Notes: a model not told the origin generated them from the letters alone. A DNA stretch of 64,000 nt from an uncultured Desulfarculus sp. (GCA_963665125.2 CAXXUK010000001.1:2208001-2272000), one strand, 5' to 3'; numbered from the stretch's first letter, positions 10,060 to 21,000 are shown. Numbers and translations are program-made.

Positions 10060-11019
10060 TCAACCCAGGGGCGGATAATCCGGCCTTTCCTTGGCGGCGG
10101 CCAAAACCGTCACCGTGGCCCCGGCCTGCCGTTTGACTTCCTCGTGGGAATCTGCCAGCAACTCGGCTGCGGCCTCAAGGCCTTCCGGGGCCTTGATGTT
10201 GGCCAGGCCTTTGAGGGCGGCCTCGCGTACGCTGGCGTCGCGGTCCCCCAGGGCCTTTATCAGGGGCTGGACAATGATATCGGCCCGCTGGCGGGTGTTG
10301 CCAAGGGCTATTGCCGCCACCTTGCGCACGCCGGCGTCAGGGTCTTCGATACAGGCTGCCATGGGGCCCAGGGCCTGTTTTTCCTTGATATGATTCAAGG
10401 CGATGAGGGCCTCCTTGCGCACGCCGGCGTCGTTGTCCTGCAACAACCCAAGCAACTGGCGCAGGCCCGACACGGCGCGCAATTTGCCCAGACAGGCCGC
10501 GGCGGCCTTTTTCACCGCGACGTCTGGGTTATCGCACAGGGCGATGACGCTTTCGGCGATATCAACCACCTCCAGGTTGCCCAAACCGCTCATGGCCGCG
10601 CCCATAAGGGGGCCCTGGCCGCTTTGCAGGGCCGCCATCAGGGCATCCTGGGCCACCTTGGGCTGCAAACGGCTGATGGCCAAAGCGGCCTGTTTTTTCA
10701 ACTCGGGATGGCTGTCTTCTTCGTCTTTTGAGGCCTGGGGCGCTCCGGCGGCGCAGGCCAATACCACCTGGCGGAGATCCACGTCGGCGGCCTTGAGGAT
10801 GCGCCGCAGATAGGGCACGGCCCCCTGGAGCCCCAAGCGGCCCAGGGCCTTGGCCGCCTCGGCCTGGATCTGCCATGCCTTGTGGCCCAATGCCTTGATC
10901 AGGCCCCGCTCGGCCTGAGCCAATCCCAGGACTCCACTCATGATACAGGCCGCCCGCAGGATATTGGGATCTTCGGAGTCAAGGGCGTTCAATACGATTT
11001 GCTCGAGTTTATCGGACAT
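10060..11019 (-). CDS. HEAT/PBS-lyase repeat protein
   Basis: Repeated D.D..VR..AA.ALG units. Confidence 0.85.
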   Translation of the reverse strand: MSDKLEQIVLNALDSEDPNILRAACIMSGVLGLAQAERGLIKALGHKAWQIQAEAAKALGRLGLQGAVPYLRRILKAADVDLRQVVLACAAGAPQASKDEEDSHPELKKQAALAISRLQPKVAQDALMAALQSGQGPLMGAAMSGLGNLEVVDIAESVIALCDNPDVAVKKAAAACLGKLRAVSGLRQLLGLLQDNDAGVRKEALIALNHIKEKQALGPMAACIEDPDAGVRKVAAIALGNTRQRADIIVQPLIKALGDRDASVREAALKGLANIKAPEGLEAAAELLADSHEEVKRQAGATVTVLAAAKERPDYPPLG

Positions 11020-11142
11020 GGGCAAGGCTCTCCGTCGGGGCACAGGCATATTTTGTAAATACTACAGTGATGCTCATAAAATAATTGATGATTTACCCTG
11101 CGTTTGTCAAAGCAGAACAATCCGGAAGGCGCGATTTATCGG

Positions 11143-11814
11143 CTATGTCGCGGCATCCACGTCCTGAACCGAGGCCACGTTACTGAGCAAGGCACCGCAA
11201 TCGCTGCAAAATTCCGGCCTGCGCACGGTTTCGTCCTTGAAAACACGACGGGGCTGATGTTGATCAAGAAATCCCTGTACGATGTTCCAGGCCTCGTCGG
11301 GCGAATGTTCGGCTGTGAACACCTCCAGGGTCTCCAGGACTTCACCGTCATGCAGGTGCAGGGCCACGCCGACCACCTCGGGCATGTCCGGATCTTCGCC
11401 GAACAAGGTTATGGTGGCCAGGGCCACGCCCTTGGCCAAACCGACGAATTCGCTGCTATGCTCGCATTGGGACGGCTGGATGGCCGGGTCGTTGATGTAG
11501 TCGCCCACCGCGTGGGCCAATTCGTGGCCGTCGCTGGTGTCGTGGGGGTGGCTCTCCAGCCATTTTTCAAAGCCGTCCGACGTCACCTGGATCGGAACCG
11601 GCTCCATGCCCAGGCCTCGCATGAAGTGCATCAGGTACCAGGTACGGCGGCATTGATCCCGGAATTGGGTTAGAGACGTGCCGTCGGCGCTCAGGTTGTA
11701 AACATCCAGAAAGTCATCGAAATCAAAAACAGGCAGCCGCATCTGCTTGTTTTTTCCAGCCGCGAAACGCTGGGCCATGCCCCTTGCCTGCTGGATGATC
11801 TTTGTTGTTTGCAA
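11143..11814 (-). CDS. Hypothetical protein with C-terminal CxxC
   Basis: RBS aaggagg before TTG; CEH and FCSDCG. Confidence 0.65.
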   Translation of the reverse strand: MQTTKIIQQARGMAQRFAAGKNKQMRLPVFDFDDFLDVYNLSADGTSLTQFRDQCRRTWYLMHFMRGLGMEPVPIQVTSDGFEKWLESHPHDTSDGHELAHAVGDYINDPAIQPSQCEHSSEFVGLAKGVALATITLFGEDPDMPEVVGVALHLHDGEVLETLEVFTAEHSPDEAWNIVQGFLDQHQPRRVFKDETVRRPEFCSDCGALLSNVASVQDVDAAT

Positions 11815-11846
11815 AGCCGCCTCCTTGTGCCAGACTGTCCCCTGTT

Positions 11847-12530
11847 ATGAATGCTTATCATAAAATTGTACCTCTGCCGGTACGGCAAGGCCATGACAAC
11901 TTTGCCCGCCGGGTCTGGTGGCGCAGTTTCGAGCTGCCCGCCGCCGTGACCCTGCGAACCACGGTAAAGCTGCGACCCGGCCTGGCCGCCTTTCAGAAAG
12001 ACCCTTGGCAGATGCTCTCGGCCGTGTGCCGGGCCGCCTCCGCCGCCCTCACCGTGCATCCCCGGCTGAATTTCTACACCTTTTGGGGCAATCTGGTCTG
12101 GGCCGGGCTGCCGCCCAAGGTCTGCGTTATATTGGAAAACAAGGACCAGTCCTGCGGGGAAATCGTGGTGAGCGATGCCCATGAAATGCGCCAGAAGGAC
12201 CTGGTGGCCCACCTGCGCGACACCTGCAACCTGAATCTCGAACTGCCCGACAACCTCAGGCGTATGCTGCCCGAGGCCGCGTATCTGGTGGAGCGTTTCA
12301 GCGGCAAATTCATCCGCAACTATGCCCGGTACTGCGCGCCGCTGTTTCTGTCCATGCTCTGGCTGGAAGGCATCGAGGATGTCGCCTATTGCCCGGCCCA
12401 CAGCATGGCCCTGTATCCGGGCAGACCAAAAGACGGGCAGATGCCTTTGACCTTGTGCTTTAACCATCAATTGGCCAATGCCAGGCCGATGGGCCGCTTT
12501 TTACTGACGATCAGGGATTTTCTTGAGTAG
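11847..12530 (+). CDS. Stand-alone 2-oxoacid dehydrogenase E2/CAT-like acyltransferase-fold protein
   Basis: AL..HPRLN and MPLTLCFNHQLANARPMGRFL resemble the E2 C-terminus (LSxDHRxxDG..AxRFL). Confidence 0.6.
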   Translation: MNAYHKIVPLPVRQGHDNFARRVWWRSFELPAAVTLRTTVKLRPGLAAFQKDPWQMLSAVCRAASAALTVHPRLNFYTFWGNLVWAGLPPKVCVILENKDQSCGEIVVSDAHEMRQKDLVAHLRDTCNLNLELPDNLRRMLPEAAYLVERFSGKFIRNYARYCAPLFLSMLWLEGIEDVAYCPAHSMALYPGRPKDGQMPLTLCFNHQLANARPMGRFLLTIRDFLE

Positions 12531-13239
12531 ACTCGCCGCTCTTTAGGCCTTGCTTGACCCGGCGCTGCACGGGCCGCTGATCAAAGACGCGAAAGCCCTC
12601 GGGCGGTTCATACGTGAAATCAGCGCCATCCACCTGGGGGTTGAATTTCACATCGCTGAAGCCGTACTGGTTGATGTTGCCGACCATGCTGACGATGCGC
12701 AAGCCCCGCAGTTCCAGGCTCTCGACGTCGAACCACACCACCAGGCGCCCCATGTCGGCCCGGGGGTTCAGCGGCTCAAGGGCCACCGTTTCCACGCCCT
12801 GGGGCCCTTTTTCGTTTTCGGTCGCCTGCACCACCTTGAAGCTCTCGGAGAGGTCGCGCAGTCCGCTCAGGGCGGCCAACAAGCCCCGCAGGGCCTCGGT
12901 GTTGGCGCTGACCTCGTATATGGTCACCCGCTTGCGGTCGGGCTGCACCAGCCATAGTGTACTGCCGTCGCTGACTACTTCCTGGACCTTGGGCTCGCTC
13001 TCGTTCAGGCGCAGATTCAGGGGCCGCTGCCACAGGATATGCCCCCTGGCCCGGACCTTGCCGCCGCTCGTGCCGCCGCCGCTGATATATTGGCTCTCCC
13101 GCCGGAAATCGGCGCTGATGGCGTTTATCTTGTCGTATGTTTTCTGCAGGCGCTGTTGCAGGGCGGCAAAGTCGTCTGCCAGGGCCGGGGCGCAGATCAT
13201 CACCGCCAGGGTTGTAAAGGTGGCCACGAAGTACTTCAT
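12511..13239 (-). CDS. lolA: Outer-membrane lipoprotein carrier LolA family
   Basis: Signal peptide; SADF, G....RP..LR, VSDG.TLW, F.Y.PP.G. Confidence 0.8.
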   Translation of the reverse strand: MKYFVATFTTLAVMICAPALADDFAALQQRLQKTYDKINAISADFRRESQYISGGGTSGGKVRARGHILWQRPLNLRLNESEPKVQEVVSDGSTLWLVQPDRKRVTIYEVSANTEALRGLLAALSGLRDLSESFKVVQATENEKGPQGVETVALEPLNPRADMGRLVVWFDVESLELRGLRIVSMVGNINQYGFSDVKFNPQVDGADFTYEPPEGFRVFDQRPVQRRVKQGLKSGESTQENP

Positions 13240-13290
13240 CGACGCTCCATAGGCTGACAAAGGGTTGTTCATGGCCCAGTTATGCCATGA

Positions 13291-14088
13291 TCAGCGTTTT
13301 TTAGCCAGGGCGGCGGCGGCCATTTTGGCAAACTGCCTTGAATAGCACAAAATACTCTGGGTACGGTCTTCCATGTTTATGGCCATGTTCAGGCTTGGCG
13401 CCTCGGCCGCCAGGTCCAGGGCCTCCTTGGTCAGGCGCAGGCCCATGGGGCTTTTTGACAGCATGGCCCCGGCAATCTCCATGCCGGCCTCCATGAGGTC
13501 GCCGTCCACGACCCGGGCCACCAAACCGATACGACCCGCTTCCTCGGCCCCGACGCCCCTGCCGGTCAATAAAATCTCTCCGGCCCTGGCCTTGCCCACC
13601 AGGCGCTGCAAGAGCCAGCTGCTGCCCAGCTCGCCGCCGGACAGGCCGATATTGATGAACGACGGCGTGAACACGGCGTCCGGGGCGCAGAGGCACACGT
13701 CGGCGGCCATGGCCATTGACATGCCGCCGCCCGCCGCATGGCCCTGCACAAGGCAGATTACGGGCTGGGTGGCCGCCCTCATCTCTGTAATCAGACGGCT
13801 GAACCGCTTCTGAACTTTCGCCAGATGAGTATCCGGCCCTGAATTTATCCGGTCGGTATACGTGGCCATGGCCTCGTCGCGCAGGTCCGCCCCGGCGCAG
13901 AACGCCCTGCCCTCGCCCCGGATGATCAGAACCCGCACTTTTTCGTCATCGGCCAGTTTGCCGAAAAAATCGTGGAGTTCGTCAAGGGTTTGCAGGGCCA
14001 GGGCATTGAGCCTGTCGGGCCTGATCAGGCTGAGCACGGCCACCGCGCCATCTTGCGCCTTTTCACATTTGATATGTGTGTAGACCAT
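13291..14088 (-). CDS. Enoyl-CoA hydratase/isomerase
   Basis: AFCAGADL, GHAAGGG crotonase motifs. Confidence 0.9.
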   Translation of the reverse strand: MVYTHIKCEKAQDGAVAVLSLIRPDRLNALALQTLDELHDFFGKLADDEKVRVLIIRGEGRAFCAGADLRDEAMATYTDRINSGPDTHLAKVQKRFSRLITEMRAATQPVICLVQGHAAGGGMSMAMAADVCLCAPDAVFTPSFINIGLSGGELGSSWLLQRLVGKARAGEILLTGRGVGAEEAGRIGLVARVVDGDLMEAGMEIAGAMLSKSPMGLRLTKEALDLAAEAPSLNMAINMEDRTQSILCYSRQFAKMAAAALAKKR

Positions 14089-14109
14089 GCCGGCCCTCCC
14101 TTAAAGCAT

Positions 14110-15291
14110 TTAGTCGAATAGGCCGCTCTCGGCCAGACGTTTGACCTCGGCCTGGTCAAAGCCCAGGGATTTCATCACTTCCTCGGTATGCACCCCGCTG
14201 CCGCTGCCGGCCTTGCCGGGCTTGGGCGGCGTGGCCGAAAATTTGATGGCCACGCCCGGCTGGGGCACCTTGGAGCCATCGGGCATCTCCACCTCGACGA
14301 TCCACTGGCGGTCCTTGGCCAGGGGCTGGTCATAGGCCTCGCCAAGTGAAAGCACGGGCTCCACGCAGGCGTCCAGCGGATAAAAAATCTCCAGCCATTC
14401 GTCCAGCGTCTTTTGTTTGAAGATATCCCGGACCTGGACCTTGAGTTCGTCCATATTTTCGGGCATGACCCAGCCTGGAATACAGTCCGGCCTGCCGATG
14501 GCCTGGCAAAAGGACTGGAAAAATTTGGGTTCCAGGGAACCGATGCTGATGTGGCGGCCGTCGGCGGTTTCGTAGAAATCGTAAAACGAACCGCCGTTCA
14601 AAAGCGTGCCTTCAAAACCGGGTTCCTGGCCCTCCACCAGGAAACCGGCTCCGATCAAGGCGTTGAACGCCGCGGCGCCGTCGGTCATGGAGATATCCAC
14701 GTGCTGGCCCTTGCCGGTGTTGTTGCGGCTGATCACCGCGGCCAGAATGCCGATTATGGCGTTCATTGAGCCAGATGCCACATCGGCTATCTGCATGCCC
14801 ACCAGATTGGGTCCGGTTTGTTTGCTGCCGGTGTAGGACATCAGACCCGTGCGGGCGAGATAGTTGATGTCGTGTCCGGCCCTGTCGCGCATGGCCCCGT
14901 TCTGGCCGTAGCCGGTCAGGGAGCAATAGATCAGGTTGGGGTGTGTCTTGCTGAGGTCTTCGTAGCCCAGGCCCATGTTGGCCATGACGCCGGGCCGGAA
15001 CTGCTCCAGGAGGATGTCGTATTCACCCAGCAGGCGGTGGATAACATCCACCGCCTGCGGATGTTTCAGGTTAAGGTTCATGCAGCGCTTGCCGCGCCCC
15101 AAATAGGCAATGGCCACAGAGGTCTTGCCGTCGGGCAAAAACGGCGGGGTTATGGCCGCCAGATCGGGATAACCCGGTGAAACAATACGCAAAACTTCCG
15201 CGCCCATGTCGGCCAAGGTCATTGACGCATACGGCCCCGGAAGCAACGCGCTGAAATCCAGGATCTTCAATCCGGCTAGCGGCCCCTGCAT
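14110..15291 (-). CDS. CaiB/BaiF family III CoA-transferase (AMACR-like)
   Basis: LLPGPY, EQFRPGVM, AGHDINY. Confidence 0.92.
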   Translation of the reverse strand: MQGPLAGLKILDFSALLPGPYASMTLADMGAEVLRIVSPGYPDLAAITPPFLPDGKTSVAIAYLGRGKRCMNLNLKHPQAVDVIHRLLGEYDILLEQFRPGVMANMGLGYEDLSKTHPNLIYCSLTGYGQNGAMRDRAGHDINYLARTGLMSYTGSKQTGPNLVGMQIADVASGSMNAIIGILAAVISRNNTGKGQHVDISMTDGAAAFNALIGAGFLVEGQEPGFEGTLLNGGSFYDFYETADGRHISIGSLEPKFFQSFCQAIGRPDCIPGWVMPENMDELKVQVRDIFKQKTLDEWLEIFYPLDACVEPVLSLGEAYDQPLAKDRQWIVEVEMPDGSKVPQPGVAIKFSATPPKPGKAGSGSGVHTEEVMKSLGFDQAEVKRLAESGLFD

Positions 15292-15314
15292 GACTACCCC
15301 CTCCTAATTTTTAA

Positions 15315-15788
15315 TCAATTCTCGAAATACAACCTCGATAGAGTTTCGGCCACGCAGGCTGGTTTTGAACTGCCCTGCAATTCAATGGTCACCTCGTTGA
15401 GAACCTGCAACGAGCCGCCCTTTTCCTCCACGGCCTTGAGGCGGCTGACGCCGCGCACCTTGGCTCCGGCAGGCACGGGAGTGATGAAACGCACCTTGTT
15501 CAGGCCGTAATTGAGGCCCATCTTCAGGCCTTCGTACTTGTCGCCGCCGCCTTCGGCCAAACCGGTAAGGTACGGGATCAACGACAAAGTCAAAAAGCCG
15601 TGGGCAATGGTGGTGCCCATGGGCGACTCGGCCTTGGCCCTTTCCACGTCGATGTGAATCCACTGATGATCGCCCGTGGCATCGGCGAACTGGTTTATCC
15701 GCTCCTGGCCGACCTCAAGCCAATCACTAGTGTTTACCACATCACCGATCTTGGCTTCCAGGCTTGCCTTCGCTTTTTCCAAAGACAT
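15315..15788 (-). CDS. MaoC family dehydratase
   Basis: FADATGDHQWIH, IAHGFLTLSL, NYGLNKVRF. Confidence 0.92.
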   Translation of the reverse strand: MSLEKAKASLEAKIGDVVNTSDWLEVGQERINQFADATGDHQWIHIDVERAKAESPMGTTIAHGFLTLSLIPYLTGLAEGGGDKYEGLKMGLNYGLNKVRFITPVPAGAKVRGVSRLKAVEEKGGSLQVLNEVTIELQGSSKPACVAETLSRLYFEN

Positions 15789-15809
15789 GTGCAAAATCCT
15801 CCGTCAGCC

Positions 15810-16595
15810 TTATTTTCCGATAAACTCGGCCTTGCGCTTTTCCAGGAACGCCTTGGCGCCTTCCTTGAAGTCCTCGGTGGTCAACAGGGCTGCCGTACCA
15901 CGGCCCTCGATCTCGACCACTGCTTTTTCGATTTCTTTTTCGATCAGGCCGTCATAAACAGCCTTGAGAATCTCGCGCTGGGCCACGGGCGCGCCGGCGG
16001 CCAGCTTGGCTGCCCATTTTTGGGCTTCGCTGATAACCTCGTCATCCTCGGCCAGCCTGTTGACCAGGCCCATCTTGTGAGCTTTTTTGGCGCTGATGAA
16101 ATCGCCGCTGAGGATGTATTCCAGGGCCCGGGCAGAGCCGATGATCCTGGGCAAGCGCTGGGTGCCGCCCCAGCCGGGCATGAAGCCGAGTTTGACCTCG
16201 GGCAGACCGCAGACGGCCTTTTCGCTCATGATCCGCATATGGCAGCAAAGGGACAGCTCCAGGCCGCCGCCAAAGGCCGAACCCTGCAGGGCCGCGATGA
16301 CGATCTTGGGGAAGGTTTCGATGCGGCGGAAGATCTTGTTGCCGTTGTACTTGGGGATCGTGCCCGATTGCAGACCGGCGAACTCGCCGATGTCCGCGCC
16401 GGCCGAGAACAGTTTGTCTCCGCTGCCGGCCAGGACGAGCACCCGCACGTTGTCATCGGTTTCGGCCATATCCAGCATGGCTTCGATATCGCGAAGCAGG
16501 GGCTGGCCCAGGGCGTTGGCCGGGGGGTTGTTCAACAATACGGTCAAAACGCCGTTTTCAAGGGTTACCTGTAGTTTTTCAAATTCGTAAGCCAT
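15810..16595 (-). CDS. Enoyl-CoA hydratase
   Basis: FSAGADI, GGGLEL, PEVKLG.PGWGGTQRL. Confidence 0.92.
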   Translation of the reverse strand: MAYEFEKLQVTLENGVLTVLLNNPPANALGQPLLRDIEAMLDMAETDDNVRVLVLAGSGDKLFSAGADIGEFAGLQSGTIPKYNGNKIFRRIETFPKIVIAALQGSAFGGGLELSLCCHMRIMSEKAVCGLPEVKLGFMPGWGGTQRLPRIIGSARALEYILSGDFISAKKAHKMGLVNRLAEDDEVISEAQKWAAKLAAGAPVAQREILKAVYDGLIEKEIEKAVVEIEGRGTAALLTTEDFKEGAKAFLEKRKAEFIGK

Positions 16596-16616
16596 TACAA
16601 ACTCCCGTATGTATTG

Positions 16617-17405
16617 CTAGTATTTCATGCCCGGCAAATTGAGCGAGCAAGTGTTTCCGCCGTCCACCGGCAGGGCCTGTCCGGTCATGTAGCTGGCGTC
16701 GTCGCTGGCCAGAAATAGCATGACCGAGGCGATTTCACGGGGCAGGCCAAAGCGCCGCATCTCGCAACGGCTGCCAAGCTTGGCCTCCTTGCCCGAGCCC
16801 CGGGCATAGTCGAACACCGGCTTGGTCATGCCCGTTTCGATGAGGCCCGGACACACGGCGTTGACCCGGATGTTGTCCACGGCCAGGTCGCAGGCCGATG
16901 TCTGGGTGAAGTTGATCACCGCCGCCTTGCTGGCGCTGTAGGCATTGCCTCCGGCACCAGCCCGCACACCGGCCACCGATGCGGTGTTGACCACGGCTCC
17001 GCCGCCGCGTTTGCGCAGGTACGGCGCCGCATGCTTGGTGCCGAAGACCGCTCCCAAGACGTTTATCTTGTAGATCGTGAGCCAGTCTTCGGGGTCTTCG
17101 TTGTCGAGCGTGGCCATCTGGCCGGTTATTCCCGCGTTGTTGCAAATAATGTCCAGCCCGCCGTATGTCTCGGCCGCCAAGTCCACCAAGGCCTTGACCT
17201 CGGCCTCCTGGGATACGTCGGTGGGCCGGGTCACGGCTTGGCCGCCTGCCTGGAGAACCATATCCAGTGTGGCCTGCAACTCGGCCTGGTTGACATCGGC
17301 CAGGGCCAGTTTGCAGCCCTCGCCCGAAAATAAAACAGCGGCTGCCCGGCCAATGCCGGAAGCCGCCCCGGTGATTACGGCAACTTTGCCTTTGAGTCTA
17401 TCCAT
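16617..17405 (-). CDS. SDR family NAD(P)-dependent oxidoreductase
   Basis: TGAASGIG, NNAG, YSASK. Confidence 0.92.
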   Translation of the reverse strand: MDRLKGKVAVITGAASGIGRAAAVLFSGEGCKLALADVNQAELQATLDMVLQAGGQAVTRPTDVSQEAEVKALVDLAAETYGGLDIICNNAGITGQMATLDNEDPEDWLTIYKINVLGAVFGTKHAAPYLRKRGGGAVVNTASVAGVRAGAGGNAYSASKAAVINFTQTSACDLAVDNIRVNAVCPGLIETGMTKPVFDYARGSGKEAKLGSRCEMRRFGLPREIASVMLFLASDDASYMTGQALPVDGGNTCSLNLPGMKY

Positions 17406-17546
17406 GGCGCTGCTCCCAGTTAGTACGGACACAAAATGCGTTCCGTCTACAGAAAGCATTACGATAACATATTGGCCTAATGATTAGGAGCTAAAAACTA
17501 AACCCTGATTGCAATTGAAGGGGTTTTTTTCAAGCTAAAAATTAGC

Positions 17547-17592
17547 AAAGGCCCATACCGGCTCCGGACGGGGCGCCGAGCGGTATGGGCCT
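17547..17592 (-). terminator. Intrinsic terminator closing the secreted-protein operon
   Basis: aggcccataccg...cggtatgggcct hairpin followed by TTT on the minus strand. Confidence 0.6.
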
Positions 17593-17626
17593 GTTTCATC
17601 GCGGTATTTTAACCGCCTGGCTTTAT

Positions 17627-18010
17627 TTAGTCCATCAAGTCCGGCCTGCCGTGGATAATGAGGGTCTCTCCCTTTTCCAGCCTGCTTTTCCAGCCCGTCT
17701 GATTGGTATTCGGCGCGGGCGTGGCATTGCCGGTCACCACGCTCTTCATGACCGCGCTGATGTCCTTGATCTGGGCGTCGGAATACGACCCTCCGCCGGC
17801 CTGGGCCACGGCCTTGTATATCTTTTGTGTCCTGGGGTCGTTTTGCAGTTCATAAGCCACGACATCCACCGTGATCTGGTTGTTCTGCTCGATGGCTGGC
17901 TTTTTCTCGACCTGTTTCAGCAGGGCCTCCACGTCGGGGTCCAGGGCCATGGCGGGCCCCGGCGCCAGCAGGACCGCCGCCAACAATAACGCCATGCATG
18001 TGTATTTCAT
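17627..18010 (-). CDS. Small secreted protein carrying the C-terminal part (beta5-alpha5-beta6-alpha6) of a vWA domain
   Basis: Own RBS (aggaggg) and signal peptide MKYTCMALLLAAVLLAPGPAMA; ITVDVVAY...YKAVAQAGGGSYSDA...ISAVMKSV; alternative start at 18025. Confidence 0.7.
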   Translation of the reverse strand: MKYTCMALLLAAVLLAPGPAMALDPDVEALLKQVEKKPAIEQNNQITVDVVAYELQNDPRTQKIYKAVAQAGGGSYSDAQIKDISAVMKSVVTGNATPAPNTNQTGWKSRLEKGETLIIHGRPDLMD

Positions 18011-18021
18011 CTCGGCCCTCC

Positions 18022-21000
18022 TCATGGATTGCCCAGGTTGACGTTTCTGGTGCGTTGATAAATGCCTTCGGCCGCCTCTACGGGATTGCCCCTACAGGTC
18101 TCGCCGCCATCGGTGAGCATGATTATGCGGCCGGTCTGGCCCCTGGCCGACTGGCGCAGGTAGGTGGCCGCGAACTGCATGGATTTGGCCACCGGAGTCG
18201 AGCCGGAAGGCCCGAAGCCCAGCTTGGAGGTTATGTCGCCCGGGTTGGTGGTAAAGCCCTGCATCAGTCTGATGTTGCTGCAGTCAAAGAACACCACCAG
18301 GGCCCATTCCTCCTCGCCCTGATCCGAGGGGTAGCCGCTCAGGGCCGCCCGCACCGCGGCCTTGGCCTTGCCGATCTTGTTGTTGCTGCCCATGGAGCCC
18401 GAGGCGTCCACCACGAACACCGTGGAGCGCTTGATCATGACCGTCGGCAGCTTCACCGATATCTTGCTGGCGTCGTAGACCACGTTTTCGCCGCCGGGCC
18501 CCGACTGGTCGCCGGGGTAGGTGGCGGTTATGGTCTGCTGATCCGTTCCGGTGTTGCGCCAGCCGATCATGCCCGTGCCGATGGGCATATCCACCGTGGC
18601 CGATGTCACCGCGCCGCTGGCGCCGAACGACCCGCCCGTGGCGCTCATCTCGGCCTTGCCCTTGCGAATGGGACGGCCGTATTCATCCACCAGGGTAAGC
18701 TCAAGGCGGTAGACCCCGGCTTTGTCCACAAGAACCGGCGTCATTTGCAGGTTGCTGGCCTTGAGGTCCTTGGGCGGCAGGGGCACCTTCTTGCTGCACG
18801 GCTCGTACATCAGGTCCGGCTTGGCCGGGTCCGTCTCGTCGCCGCTGTAGGAAATCAACAGCGTGCCCTTTTCCCGGGCCACCTCGCCCTTCCACACCAC
18901 CGTGACCGGCTTGCCCGCCAAGGGCACCTCGGTGGGATCCACCGCGCCCAGGTCGGCGGCTAGGCTGATGGAACCGGCCGAGACCGGCGCGGCGGTGTTG
19001 TCGAACACCGCTATCGTGATGGGGAACTCGGCGTTGGCCTTGGTGCCCTTCATGGCCCCGACCTTGACCTCGATGTAGGTGGGCCGGGCCAGTTCGGTCG
19101 GTACGATGATGCTTTCCTTGCAGGCCAGGTATTTGCTGTCGTTCTTGGCCGGGTCCGGTTCATCGCCCAGGTATTCCACGTCGATGAGGTCTTGGCCCTT
19201 AAAGCCGTCCGGCGGGGTCCACAGCGACTGGCCCTTGCCGCCGCTGAGGCTCAGCTTGGGCTCCTTCAGCGTGCCGTTGGCCGCGGTCAAGACCACCATG
19301 CCCGTGTCAACCAAGACGTCATTCTTGTCGGTGACTTCTATATCGATGCGCCACTGGGGCTTGGTCTTGTCCGGCTGAACGGCCTTGAGCTTCATCTTGG
19401 TGGCCGAGGCGCCCATGTTGAAGGTCAGGGTCTTCTTGTACAGCGACCGCTGATAGGCCCGGTCAAACACCGACAGGTTTATGGGCACCACGTCCTTGAT
19501 GTAGTCCCGGTCGATGGTAACGGTGCCTTCATAGGTCTTGGTCTGGCCCGGCTGGAAATCCTCGCCGGGGAAGTTGTTGGGTATGGGGTGGACCTGGCCC
19601 TCGTTGGACCAGACGTTGACGTCCAGGCCGGTCAGGGCCTTACTGGCCTTGCTGGTCAGGGTCAGCTTGTAGGCCACTTTGGCGCCGGGGTGCAGATCGC
19701 CTGGTCCGGCCGGCTTGCCGTCGGTGGTGGCCAGCTCGAACTTGGCCTCGAAGAACTCCCGCACCAATATCGGCAGGCTGAACGAATGCTGCCAGCGGCG
19801 GTAGTCGCTCACGGCCCGCACGGTCAGGGGCAGGCTGTTGTCGAGATAATCAATGGGCATCTTGATCTCGAACATGCGCTCCACCGTGGCCTTGCCGGCG
19901 ATGTCCACGCCCTCGACCTTGTAGGAGATCGTCGGCAGGGGCTGGCCCGTGGAGTTCAGGGCGAAGAAGACCTGCTTCAGATCTTCATCGCTGTTGTTGC
20001 GCACGCTCAGGTACAAGAAGCCGTGTTCGCCGTTGCTGAGCTTGCCGTTGTTGTCGTTGACGCCGGTAAGATCGCCCGTGCCCGGATCCTCCAGGCGAGT
20101 CTTGACCAGTTCGAGGTCAAGGGGCGGCGGCTCAACCGGCAGCAGCAGCTTGGTCTCAATGCCTCCGCCGCCGGCCTTGGCCTCCAGCTTGGCCAAAATG
20201 ACCGCGTTGGTGGCTTTTTGTATCTGGCCGGCCACCGTGGCCTTGACGTCGATCTGCTTTTCGGCCCCTGCCGCCAATGACGGCCCCTCGAAGTCGGTCT
20301 GCTCCAGCTTGACCAGGGGCGAACTGTTGTCCAGGGTCAGCTTCCATTCCGGCGAGGGGGCCTCGCCCACATTGACCACCGTAAGCTTGAGGGTGATCTT
20401 TTCGCCGGAGTTGGCCTTGCCGTCGCCGTTGTTGGGCTTGGTGTCCTTGGGATCGTCAACCTTGTCGGCCAGGCGCACCCGCAGTTCCAGGGCCGGACTC
20501 ACCGTGACGCGCAATTCCATTGGCGTAACGTAGCTCTGGTCTTCGCTGGTGGGCCTCAGGCTCAGGGCCACCACTTCCGGCCCGCCGGTGAGCTTGCCAA
20601 CCTCAAAGGCCAGGGCCCCGCTCTGGATCGCCTTGCCGGGCTCCATGTCGCCCACCGCCCAGATGGCGTCGTCACCGGGCTTGAGGCGCGGGTCGTCCTT
20701 TTGGCAAAGGATCTTCACGGCCTTGAGCACGCTGGGCTCCAGGCTCTTGAGCTTCAGGGCGATGGTGATCTTTTCGCCGGAGTTGGCCTGGCCGTTTTCC
20801 GGCGCGCCGCCCTTGTCGTCCAGGACAAAGTCCTCCAGGACGACGGCCGCGATGTAGTTAAAGTCGGCGCTTAGGTTGTACTTGCCGCCGTCCTTGGCCC
20901 GGACTTCCACTTCAGCCTGGTATTGGCCGGGCTTTAAAGATTTCTCGAATTCATGCACGGCTGACAATTGTTTGCCGCCGTCGGCCGAATCTGTGGTCAG

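Noticed and set aside
17627..18426. Frameshifted or pseudogenised single vWA gene
   Set aside because: The downstream part has its own RBS, a full signal peptide and about 40 residues before the vWA segment resumes; a simple indel would not create these. Read data would still be needed to exclude it fully.
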